Shown here: positions 47,081-58,755 of the stretch, in pieces
Position numbering within the stretch: the first letter of the stretch is position 1
Layout: each line of letters begins with the position of its first letter
DNA from: Octopus sinensis
Lineage: Eukaryota
Direction of reading: 5' to 3'
DNA length: 64,000 nt
Assembly: GCF_006345805.1 (NCBI RefSeq)
Contig: NC_042997.1
Location: forward strand, 162,130,001-162,194,000
The notes under the pieces: model-generated
What the model saw: only the letters and a program-made list of their open reading frames with translations
What the model was told of the DNA's origin: nothing
Database searches by the model: none
Made by a program: the position numbers and the translations under genes

Positions 47081-49130
47081 TCATCATCGTTTAACGTCCG
47101 CTTTCCATGCTAGCACGGATTGGACGATTTGACTGAGGTCTGGCAAACCAGTTGGCTGCACCAGACTCCAATCTGATCCGGCAGAGTTTCTACAACTGGA
47201 TGCCCTTCCTAACGCCAACCACACTGAGAGGGTAGTGGGTGCTTTTGCGTGCCACTGGCACAATTGCTAGTTAGGTGGTACTGGCAATGGCCACACTCAA
47301 ATAGTGCTTTCTATGTGCCACCTGCACAGGAGCCAGCCCAGCAGCACTGGCAACGACCTCGCTCGAATGTTTTTTTTTCACGTGCCTCCAGCACAAGTGC
47401 TAGTAAGGTGATGCAGGTAACGATCATGCTTGAATGGTGTTTTTAACATGCTATCGGCACAGAGGCCAGCTTGTTACTCTGGCAATGATCTCACTTGTAT
47501 GATTCTCTTAACATGGATGCCAGTCATCGAATTTGATTTCAATTTCACTTGCCTCAACAGGTCTTTGCAAGCAGCGCTTAGTGTCCAATGAAGGAAAGGC
47601 ACGTATAAGTGCACTGGTTACACCCCTGGCATAAGCCGCAAGGTTATGGTCTCACTTGCACTTGCCGAGTCTTCTCAAGCACAGCATATTTTCAGAGGTC
47701 CTGGTCACTAGTCATTGCCTCGGTGAGGCCCAAAGTTTGAAGGTCATGCTTCACCACCTCATCCCATGTCTTCCTGGGTCCACCTCTTCCACAGGTTCCC
47801 TCATCTACAAGGGTGTGGCACTTTTTCATGCAGCTATCCTCAACCATTCTCGCCACATGACCATACCAGCACAGTCGTTTCTCTTGCACACCACTTCTGA
47901 TGCTTCTTAGGTACAACCTTTCTCTCAAGGCACTAACACTCTGTCGAGCATGCACTCCACTGTCACAAAATGCATAGATCCCGATAATATGAAAAGCAAA
48001 CGCAAGTATGCAGTTAGAAATTTGGAAGCAGGAATGTCTGCAAAAGTGAAAGCATCGCATTTTGTTTTCCTGTTTTATCATAGTATAGAGTTTCTTTTGA
48101 GGAATAACACATTACACATCCATCGGAGCATGCTGGCTTCATTCCTTGCTAGCTTACACATGCCCTCAGCAATCACGGCCCATGTTTCACTGCCATGTGA
48201 CATGGCTGTTCATACACATGTGTTGTACAGTCTAACTTTTACTCTGAGCGAGAATTTGTCGCCAGCAAGGGTAAGAGCTCTGTGAACTTTGCCCAGGCTA
48301 TTCTTATTCTAGCAGTTACACTTGCAGCACACCCACCCCCGCTACTGACTTGGTCACCTAGGTAACGGAAGCTGTCAACTACTAGTTTTTCTCCCTGGAA
48401 TGTGGCAGAAGTTGTTCTCTGCGCATTTTCAGTGTTATTTATTGCTCCCGAGCATCTGCCACATACAAAAACTATCCTCCCAGGTAGCCTTCCTTTGACA
48501 TTGCTGCACCTCTTATGTGTCCATAGCTTACATTTGGTGCATCTTATAGAGTTTCTACCTACGCCTTTTCTACAGATCAAGCAGGGCCATCTACCTGAAA
48601 GGATTTGTGGTTTGCTTGCCTTCCTACTTATTAGGACTTTGGTTTTAGCTAGGTTGACTCTAAGGCCCTTCGATTCTAATCCTTGTTTCCATACTTGAAA
48701 CTTCTCCTCTAGTTCTGATAGTGACTCAGCAATTAGAACAAGGTCGTCAGCATAGAGAAGCTCCCAGGGGCATCCTGTCTTGAATTCCTCCATTATTGCC
48801 TGGAGAACTATAATAAATAGGAGGGGGCTGAGGACTGAACCTTGGTGGACCCCTAACTTTATCCTGAATTCTTCACTGTACTCATTGCCAACCCTCACCT
48901 TACTGACAGTGTCCTTGTACATGGCTCTCACTAGCCATTCATCTATCCCTAGTTTCCTCATTGACCACCAGATAAGGGATCGGGGGATCCTGTCAAAGGC
49001 TTTCTCCATGTCAACGAAAGCCAGGTACAGGGGCTTATCTTTGGCTAGGTATTTCTCCTGCAGCTGTCTTACCAGAAATATAGCATCAGTAGTACTTTTC
49101 CCTGGCACGAACCCAAACTGCATTGCATCC
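47081..49130 (-). mobile_element. RTE LINE copy 4 (5'-truncated, mosaic, contains a 153-bp foreign insert)
   Basis: ORF 48239-49132 with QFGF, YADD and PHD insert; tail at 47081. Confidence 0.92.
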
Positions 49131-49670
49131 AAGCTGATAAATATTCATATAGATCCGTGCAAATCCATATTTTGCAAATTAAATATATCTAAACTAAAAC
49201 GTATGCATTGACATACGATGGGCAGTCAAGGAAATGTAGTTAAGAAATATTTTTGTAACTTGTTTTAGGAGTTTATCCCACAATGCAGCACCTTGACTTA
49301 GTGTTTTTTTTTACCTTAATCTTGGCTCTAAATTCTTGGAAGCAATATTTGGGCAATAGCTCCTCCAACAGGCTTCCATACAGTTCCTTTTCTTGGTTGG
49401 TAGATTTTATCCTAACCACCAGACTCTTGAGTGGCTTTAGAATAGTCTGTTGCAACCATTTGGCCTAAGTCTCCAGCTTGAAGACAACTTCCTATCAACT
49501 GCATCACTTTTGAAGGCTGTGGAAGGATTCGTGGACCCTGCTTTTTATCTTCTGACTAAATGATGTGAAAAACTAACAAAAAGGGAAAACAAAACAAGCT
49601 TGCGCACGCACATACACAAACACACAGCTGCATATGCAAAAGCAGAGAGGAAAGTAAAGATTCTATCACT

Positions 49671-49861
49671 AAATGCAATGTTAATACCAGTTCGAATGCG
49701 CTAAAAACACGTTCGGACTTGCAAATAAGCCATTCGCCGTGTTTTGTAATTACACCATGTCTACAACGAGAAATTTTCTCCATGACAAAACACGGTGAAT
49801 GGCTTGTTTACAAGTCTGAACGTGCTTTTTGCATGTTTGAACTGATATTAATATGGCATTT
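49671..49861. repeat. Long imperfect inverted repeat (~80-bp arms, 31-nt loop)
   Basis: Arms 49671-49750 and 49782-49861 are reverse complements with scattered mismatches. Confidence 0.88.
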
Positions 49862-50299
49862 TTACCCATCACTGTTTAGCATACCTACCCCATAATTTAT
49901 CACTATAACATAAAATGCAACTTTTTTTTTTATCTAAATAATAGGTTTACTGTTTAAAAGTTGTACAAGAGCCACTTTATAAATAGAAATCTGGAATACA
50001 ACATTTATAAAAGAGATAGATAAAAACAACTCAAAGTATTTAAGAAATCTGGGTTTATTAACAGTACAGTCTTGTATTTTTATTATAGGCGTGGTTTTAA
50101 ATATAGTCAGCAGCTATAACTTTTCCTTAGTTTTACATGTTGTTTAGAAGTACGAAGAAACGCATATAAAGTCCTTTTTTTTTTTTCTAGGGATATTTTG
50201 AACATAATTATCTAATGTGTGTCCTTCCCTTTTTAAAAGGCAGCTGCTTGTATGAATGTTTAACTGCTGTTTCTAGCAGAGAAGTGACCACATAGAGGT

Positions 50300-51300
50300 T
50301 TCCTCGTTGACTCGCGGTTTATTGGTTACATGTAAGGGTAATAACCAATAAAAAGTCACTTACGCATATAAAGTTTTGACATGTTATACATCTAATTTTC
50401 TTTAGTTTCATATTATCGATATTTAGGGGAATTTTGTTTCAACTATGCATAATTTATAGCTGAATAAAACACGACGACCGAACTAAATTCATAGCCAAGC
50501 AGCTATCATCTACTCACCTTTCTAGGCGTTTCATTTCACAACTGTCATATAACAAACTATATATTTACATAATAAATTACTCAGAGGTACTTTCACAGTT
50601 TAGAGACAACCGGTAACACTATATACAAACTAGTGTGGACATTACTTACGTTTCAGATAACGATACGAAATTTGTAACTAATTCAAAAGAATTTTTTTTT
50701 TTAAATTGACAAATTTTACTTTTTTAAAAAGAACGCTTCTTCAACAAAATGTGAAAAAGTAAGTTACTTATTGTTCTGAGATAATTTGTTTTGAAATTAC
50801 TTTTTTTCTTTCTAATAATTATGTGTATGATGTTAATTTTTTTTTCCTTTTTTGCATGACCTTATACACATCTCATAATGGCTATTCTATTTTTTTAAAT
50901 CCTAATAATTTTATGTCGTCAATTATAATTCCATTTGCACCTCGAATTATGATTATATATATTGTCAAACTTAATTGTGCGCTTTCAGTTCACTGCTCAC
51001 CTCGAAAACCCCAGTTGCGATGTCTCTGTAGTCGTAGTCCAGTGTAGCTCACTGGTCTTTTAATTACATAGTGTCTAGTTGCCAGGTTATACGCTGCATT
51101 GAGTGTTCTGTTGCGGGGAGTTGTGTGTTGTTAGGAACGCTATTGAGCTTATGATTAAAGTATGAACTTTTTTTTCCCTTCTTTTACTTTAATATTCATT
51201 GTGCTTTTTAACACACTGCTTATCATAGGGGAAACAGGTACACCGCCCTCAGGGTCTATGGGCTGCGAGGATTAATTACGGAGTGATCGAATTGCCATGT
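50300..51300. promoter_or_regulatory. Possible (bidirectional) promoter region
   Basis: Relatively CpG-retaining, largely TE-free; inverted CCAAT pair at 50318-50352; divergent splice donors. No TSS evidence. Confidence 0.3.
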
Positions 51301-52342
51301 TTGATAAAATTAAAATGGGTTTTCAACTTTTTATACTTGCCCAACGTCTGACAAAGAAAGAAAAAAATTCGAATGCAAACTATTTTACTTTCTCGTTAAA
51401 ACGTGTGGGTGTATTATCATAAAAATTTCGTTTTTCTCTTTTTGGCGGGGGTGATTTGTCAGTTTAAGAGTCACCTCTTTAACACCTGCACATGGTACTT
51501 AATAACTTGAGTGAAGTTTACTCTGACCTAATCATTAAGATTCGGTTCTCCGGATTCATATTTGGGAGGGGATAGTGTTGGTTATATCAACCCCCAATAT
51601 TTGTTCTTTATATTATAAATCCCATGGGTATTTTTCATTCGGGCAATAATGAGGACGTAAGTAATCGACACTAGGTATTTGTTCGGTGTTCTAATGAGTC
51701 TCTCATCTACTGACCCTAATTTTTTTTTTCTAATATAAGTGTGTAATTATTTCCTAACATCGACACACGGCCTGAAATTTGGGAGAGGTTGGGGGCTAGT
51801 CGATTATATTGATACCAGTATTTTATTCTTTAAGGGATGAAAGACAAAATTAATTTGAACTTCGAATATAAAGAGCCTAGATAAACACCTCAAAGCATTT
51901 TATCCGATGTTCTCACGAATCTGTCACTCCACTGTTACAACATGTATAGATCCCGATAATATTGAAAAGCAAACGCAAGTACGCAGTTAGAAATTTGGAA
52001 GCAGGAATATCTGCAAAAGTGAAAGCATCGTATTTTGTTTTCCTGTTTTATCATAGTATAGAGTTTCTTTTGAGGAATAACTTATTTTTAGCTTTCAGTT
52101 CAGTAACGTGTTGTTATTCTCTGTTGGGAGAACACATAATATTTACTTCGGCATTCCTGGCCCTGTTCTCAAGTAAGATCTGCAAGGATGTTTATACAGT
52201 GAACATCAGAAACCGTATACAAAAATTAAACCTTTAACTGGAGAATATTGAGAATTATCAGCGGGGACTTTCTTAAAATCGACATAAATTGAGCCTTAAA
52301 CTATTTAAAAAATTTGTTATATATATATATAATATATATAAC

Positions 52343-52476
52343 GTTAGGAAGGGCATCCAGCTGTAGAAACACTGCCAGATCAGACTGGAGCCTGATGCAG
52401 CCTTCTGGCTTCACAGAGCCCTGGTCGAACCGTCCAACCCATGCTAGCATGGAGAACGGACGTTAAACGATGATGA

Positions 52477-52481
<5 letters not shown>
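52343..52481 (+). mobile_element. RTE extreme 3'-end fragment
   Basis: cgttaggaagggcatccagctgtag...ccatgctagcatgg...aaac(gat)n. Confidence 0.85.
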
Positions 52482-52526
<45 letters not shown>

Positions 52527-52644
52527 ATAAATGACAGAGAAGTAGTTTGATAAGATTTTATTTAACAAGAAAATTCTAATATCATGACAAATTGTTTCAT
52601 AACTTAAAGACATGCAAATAATTTATATCATATTTAATATAGGC

Positions 52645-53020
52645 TTAGGAGTGGCTGTGTGGTAAGTAGTTTTCTTACGAACCACATCGTTCCGGGTTCA
52701 GTCCCACTGCATGCCACTTTGGGCAAGTGTCTTCTACTATAGCCTCGGGCCGACCAAAGCCTTGTGAGTGGATTTGGTAGACTGACACTGAAAGAAGCCC
52801 ATCGTATATATGTATGTGTGTGTGTCTGTGTTTGTCCCCCCACCATCACTTGGCAACTGATGCTGGTGTGTTTACGTACCCGTAACTTTGCGGTTTGGCA
52901 AAAGAGACCGATAGAATAAGTACTAGGCTTACAAAGAATAAGTCCTGGGGTCAATTTGCTTGACTAAAGGTGGTGCTCCAGCATGGCTACAGTCAAATGA
53001 CTGAAACAAGTAAAAGAGTA
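52645..53020 (+). mobile_element. tRNA-derived SINE family B, full length
   Basis: A-box TGGCTGTGTGG, B-box GGTTCAGTCCC, core, CA/TA middle and ggtgctccagcatggctacagtc tail; partial copies near 8545, 10345, 36785, 61455, 62835, 63430. Confidence 0.85.
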
Positions 53021-53218
53021 ATAGATAAATAAATTTACATGTCTGCATTAATGCACAGTGCTAAAAAGCCTTCAAAATAATGTAGAATTTAAGCTACGTC
53101 CATTAGATTCCGATGAGCCATCTATAAGGTTAAGTGCTTTATAGATGTGAAACCATTGGTTACTCAATCACTGGCCATATAATTAATTTCCTATAAAAAA
53201 AAAATATACACACATATA

Positions 53219-54126
53219 CGAGGTGATATCAAAAGGTTTCTGGACTAGTTATGGTGAATAAAAAAATAATTCATTTTCTTAAGTTCAATATTTCATCATC
53301 TCCTTCAAAATAGTCACCTTGTGCAGCAGTACACTGGTCCCAGCATTCCTGTCACTTTTGGAATCTGGCCTGGAAGTTGTTTTCCATAAGTGAATCGAGG
53401 ACCTTCCGCAATTCGCTTTTGATCTCAACAATGGTGTTAAAAAATAGCAACCTTTGAGCAGTATTTTGGGAAAGAGATGGAAGTCTGCAGGTTCTAAATC
53501 TGGCAAATAGAGCAGGTGCAGAAGTGATACCATGTTGCTTTTGATGAGAATGTCACAAGTGAAAAAGGCCCAGTGACAAGGTGAAGAATCCAATTCTTCG
53601 CACTCCACAGATCCAGTCACTTTCACTGAATGTCCTCCTTCGAATTCTTCAAAATGTCACAGTAGAACTCTCAATTGATGGTCTAGTCCTGAGGGTCGAA
53701 TTTTCGATGCACAATATTATATTTCTAGGGGTGATGCTCATGGAAGGTCTTTGAGGTTGCTCATTGTTTTCCATGGACGTTCTTCTGCCTTTGACGCACC
53801 CGTGTCACTCAAAACATTGCATACAACTCATTGCCTTGTCACCATAAGCTTGCTGAAGTGTGGTTAATGTCTCTGCAGCAGACTTCCCAAATTTATTGCA
53901 AAATTTCACATTGGCTCTTTGTTCCTGTGCATGACAAAATCACGGACTACAGCATACATGTGATCACAAAAATACAAATTTCACAACTTGCTAAGTAAAC
54001 ACAGTGATGTCACTATGCACACTACCTCAGGAAGGTCATTGGTAGCTCTCACTGTGTACAGAACCATATTCTGCCATCTGTTGGTGCACTACATAACTAG
54101 TCCAAGAACTTTTTGATACCTCCTCA
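53219..54126 (-). mobile_element. Internally deleted mariner (irritans-like), 908 bp, both TIRs present
   Basis: TIRs TA|CGAGGTGATATCAAAAGGTTTCTGGACTAGTTAT and inverse; remnant YLPDLEPADFHLF. Confidence 0.85.
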
Positions 54127-54418
54127 TATATATATAGCTATGCACGCACAAGCACACACACACACACATATATATGTATAAATTTAAGTCGGACTATATG
54201 GATTCAATTAATTCAGAGATACTCAAAAAAAAAAGTTCCTTAATGTATCATTTTACAAAACATAGAATATTTATTATTTATTCATAGTTTATTAAGCTGT
54301 GAAACAATTGTTGTTAAGTATGAATATCTAATGGTAAAAATGAATTTTATCATAGTATATTTCTCTGTTTATAATTTTATATTTATATACATATAAACAA
54401 ATAGCAACAGATTGCTTG

Positions 54419-54647
54419 TGGTTCACTACAGCTGTTTCTGATGTGTTTTTTATTGATGAATAGAAGTGTTACATCATGTACAAGAAACTGTTTTCATCAG
54501 TTGAATACATGTAAGAGTCAAAATTGGCACTTTGTACATGTATTCACCTGATGAAAACAGTTTCTTTGGGGGGGTTTTTTTGCATGATGTAACACTTCTG
54601 TTCATCAATAAAAAAAAAACCATGTCTGAAACAGGTGTAGTGAACCA
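54419..54647. repeat. Long fold-back inverted repeat (~100-bp arms)
   Basis: tggttcactaca... pairs with ...tgtagtgaacca; the inner 32-bp stem has one mismatch and a ~21-nt loop. Confidence 0.92.
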
Positions 54648-55104
54648 GCTTATCATTCATCTAATTCAGAACCTGTGAGTTGCTTATCATTCGCCAAACT
54701 CGGAACTTCCGATTTACTTGGATCTGGAGTCTATTGAGTGTAGTACAATAGGTGCAGTGTTTATACTTGTGTGTGACCTTGAACACTCGTATATTCAGTT
54801 GACCATTTGTGATTGTATACTCAGCCTGAGTTTAAATCCATCTTTACTTTAGTAAGTGTGTATTTGTCTTCAAATATTGTTTGTACACAATAGCGGTATC
54901 ACAAACCTGATCTTGGTGCTTTACTATTTACGGATCTAATTCACTTGAATCCTGAAATTTTTTATATATACATGTGTCTGTGCATGTGTATACACAAACA
55001 CACATATGTATATTTGTATGTATCTATGTGTGTATGTATGTATGTATGCATGTGTGTGTGTAATACATCAAAATATAGCAGTGGATATACATCATATATA
55101 TATT

Positions 55105-55250
55105 TGTTTCTAGGCCTGAAATTATGGGGGAAGGGGTCAGTCAAAAAGATCGACCCTAGTACAAAACTGGTACTTTATCAACCTCCGAAAGGATGAAAGG
55201 CAAAGTCGACCTCGGCTGAATTTGTATTCAGAATGTAAAGGCAGACGAAA
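55105..55250 (-). mobile_element. SINE family A fragment
   Basis: gatgaaaggcaaagtcgacctcggc core in reverse. Confidence 0.7.
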
Positions 55251-56173
55251 TGATATAAAGTTAGAGATCTCAATACAATTAAGTAGAAACCAAATATTTC
55301 GTCCATGCCATAAAAACAGTTAAATCCTGAAACTAACTAGGTTCTATCTTTACAAAGAAGTATTAGACAATCAATAAACATGTGTATACAACAAGATCAT
55401 AGATTCTATGAAGTTCTTCACTTTAAAAAAAATATCTACTTTGAAGGGGATCCTACTTTTTAACACACAAATAGATGTAATTGGTGTCTCTATAGCATTC
55501 TTATTACAGAAAAATGTTTTATCTTTGAATATTCTTGAATATAGAATTCAAAATATTTTTTTTTTAAATGTTTATCTCTGAACATCCTAGATATTAGAAG
55601 TATCTAAAAATATATCCTACTTGAAGGAAATTCAGCTTTATTATAATACTAGCAAATGTCAACTGTATAGTTGATATTTCAAGTTTCAACTGTATAGTTT
55701 TGATTCATAGTTTAGAAAAATGTTGGCTAGATCATTATTTTTGGACATCCTAAATTAGCATTATAAATAAATGAATTTTTATCAACATATAATGTGTGTA
55801 AATTATCTCAAGACTTCATACATAAGCAAAGAACTCTATTTTGGTGGGAGAGAGATGTATGTGTAAATAGGAAATACAACTGGTGAGTTGTTACATTTAA
55901 TTTATTTAATTACATCATGTTACATGTGTTCTGGTGAAGTTTAAGACTAGATTATACAATCTAGTCAAGGTAAGATTTCTAAGCCTTCAATTCATCAGAG
56001 ATTCATACTGAATGGGGATACTGGCCAGCTTTTCTTTATATAAGAGGAAGATATGGATTCTTTATCTCTTGTATAAAGAAAAATTGGTATTGTTTAGTAA
56101 AGCCATTCAATACAAATCTCTAATGAAATGAAGACTTAGAAAACTTACCTGGCCTCGATTGTATAATTCAGCC

Positions 56174-56630
56174 AACCTGTTGAGTCAGGTGAAGTCATTG
56201 TTGTGGCTGATGACAGTACTGCCTGACTGGCACCCATGCTGGTGGTACATAGAAAGCACCATTCAAGCATGGTCAATGCCAGTGCCGACTGACTAGTCCC
56301 GTGTCAGTGGCACATAAAATGCACCATTTGAGCGTGGTCATTGCCAGTGCCACCTGACTGGCTCCCATCCAGTGGCATGTAAAAAGCACCATTCAACTAT
56401 GGTCAATGCCAGTACCACCTGACTTGCCCTCATACCAGTGGCACGTAAAAAGCACCCACTACACTCTTGGAGTGGTTGGCATTAGGAAGGGCATCCAGCT
56501 GTAGAAACTTTGCCAGATCAGATTGGAGCCTGGTGCAGCCTTCTGGCTTGCCAGCCCTCAGTCAAACCACCCAACCCATGCCAGCATGGAAAGCAGACGT
56601 TAAATGACAACGATGATGATGATGATGATG
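56174..56630 (+). mobile_element. RTE 3' UTR/tail fragment with four ~66-bp tandem units
   Basis: Four copies of ctgact..g(c/t)cagtggcacgtaaaaagcacc, then tail motif and (gat)n. Confidence 0.85.
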
Positions 56631-57075
56631 AAACTTGCAGGTTGTGGTTGGAGCATGCAGTGAAATAATCAAATAATTTATGAACCTCCTCTCAATGTAC
56701 TCTGTGATCTTTATAACTATGGAGACCAATAGAAACAAACTTGAGTTATAATACACAAAGTTCTTTTTGCATTTTTTTCCTTTTCTATGTATAAGGAAGC
56801 ACATGGTAAGCCATTCCTTACTGTCCTTTCAGTGCCTCCTATGAGAACAGAATGACAAATGTAAATGATATCAAACTGAACCAAAAGGTTGTTGAAATGG
56901 TTTGATCAATTTACACATGATTGGTGGCATGATTAGATTATAAATATTTTTATATACAGTGTATATTATAAAATTCATTGTAGTAAGCTTACAATTTATT
57001 ATGCATACACTGTAGGAAACAAACAAATATAAATAAATCTTATCCAGAATAGCAAAATATATTTACATTAGATAA

Positions 57076-57388
57076 TACAGTTCTATATTTAAGAGATGAG
57101 GAATTATGTACATTATTTATATTATTTACATTCGACAGATATTTGTCCACAGGCATATGGCATAGTGGTTAAGAGCACGGGCTACTAACCCCAAGATTCT
57201 GAGTTCAATTCCAAGCAGTGAACTGAACAATAATAATAATAACAACATTGAAAAATACCTCAGGAATGAGACCAGGTTCGAAATTACCCCAAGACACCTG
57301 AAGAAGGCTGGAGAGTATATCAGCCGAAACGTTGTGTTAACAACAAACAAGATTAGGACAAATAGCCATAGAATGTAAATAATGTATA
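57076..57388 (+). mobile_element. tRNA-headed SINE carrying a hammerhead motif (57152-57388), preceded by an inverted copy of its own 3' end (57076-57148)
   Basis: A-box TGGCATAGTGG (57158), B-box GAGTTCAATTCC (57201), (AAT/AAC)n linker, hammerhead core, inverted terminal segment. Confidence 0.85.
57293..57338 (+). ncRNA. Minimal type-I hammerhead ribozyme motif (Penelope-type)
   Basis: Stem I GACAC/GUGUU, CUGAAGA plus extra A, stem II GGCUG/CAGCC, GAAA, palindromic ACGU, GUU triplet; predicted cut after 57333. Confidence 0.78.
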
Positions 57389-57729
57389 TTTACATTGTTT
57401 ATTTTCTAGAAAGAGATTTTATACATCTTTCTTTCTCTCTTTCTCTCAGTATATACAGTGTCCCTAAAAACTACCTATACACTTGTACATATCTACATCT
57501 ATAAGTGTATAATTTACCATCAGGTTTCAAAAAGATCAAAATATTACCTCTATTACAGGACTAATAACCCCTGGGCAACTACCTGTGTTTCATTATAATG
57601 ATAATTATGTACTGATATGTATATGTGACCCAAAGCTTCTCTTCTGTTACCCTCTCTCACTAAGTTTGTCAAACTTATAGAAATTTTGATTACTAATAAT
57701 TTCAAGAACGAAACAGCAACTCATTAACT

Positions 57730-57805
57730 TGCTGAAACCCAGGATTGATCCAGAGTTTTTATATTTTCAGTCTAAAACTCCTTCAACCATCTAAATTGGC
57801 TTCAT
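57730..57805 (-). pseudogene. tRNA-Phe(GAA) pseudogene or tRNA-Phe-derived fragment
   Basis: Minus strand TTAGACTGAAAATATAAAAACTCTGGATCAATCCTGGGTTTCAGCA aligns to eukaryotic tRNA-Phe 3' half with CpG decay; 5' half degenerate. Confidence 0.65.
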
Positions 57806-58483
57806 AATTTGTAGTAATATTTATTTTCAGTCATTAAAATGAGAATATTTTCTTAATGTATACTAAATTAAATACATTAATTAATGGGTAGAGGTAAAAC
57901 TCATTTCAAATTAAATAAATAATTAGTAATATAAAGTTTTATATCTTTCTTTTACGTGTTTTTAAATGTTTTATCTGAAGTCTATATATTTATATAAATA
58001 ATAGAACAGACATTTCGCTTTTGCAGACTCTTTTTAATACTGTCAGGGTTTTGTTGACACGCCCTACAATTCAGCTGTCACCTCAACCTACTGAAATACT
58101 AACCAATACTCACACACATCACATACTTAAATAAAGGCTAAGTTGAACAATGTATTATCTGACATTTAAATAACAATATCATCATGATATTGTCAACTAC
58201 AACTTATTTGGGACTACACAACAAGCAATGAAGCTTACTTTGAACCAACGACAGAAGGCCTCTCCACAAGCAATGTTGCAAATTATAAAAATATACTTTG
58301 CAAAATATAGTCCTATATAAACATATGATAGCACATACACATATGCATATCTGGTTGTATAGATTGAGCTAAATTAAAAATATATGATTAAGGTGTGGTT
58401 ATTTAATATGTCAAATTGGAGTTGACTTGAACTTGTGGCAACTAATCCATAGAAAATGGATCCATAAAATTATATATTTTTAT

Positions 58484-58755
58484 GAAAATTGTAGTTGCGA
58501 TACCTGTGCCGGTGGCACGTAAAAAGCACCATCTGAACATGGCCGATGCCAGTGCCACCTTGACTGGCTTCTGTGCTGGTGGCATGTAAAAAGCACCCAC
58601 TACACTCATGGAGTGGTTGGCATTATGAAGGGCATCCAGCTGTAGAAACACAGCCAGATCAGACTGGAGCCTGGTGCAGCCTCCTGGCTTCCCAGACCCT
58701 TGTCAAATCGTCCAATCTGTACTAGCATGGAAAATGGATGTTAAACGATGATGAT
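58484..58755 (+). mobile_element. RTE 3' UTR/tail fragment
   Basis: gtgccggtggcacgtaaaaagcacc units, tail motif, (gat)n. Confidence 0.85.

Noticed and set aside
51917-52010. Minus-strand exon candidate DIPASKFLTAYLRLLFNIIG...
   Set aside because: Its GTGAG donor lies inside a decayed SINE head and the peptide is unrecognisable.
56220-56460. CRISPR-like array of a palindromic ~25-nt repeat with spacers (also at 27090-27370 and 34420-34620)
   Set aside because: The spacers are homologous to one another, so it is a ~66-bp tandem minisatellite within an RTE 3' UTR in a eukaryotic genome; no cas genes.
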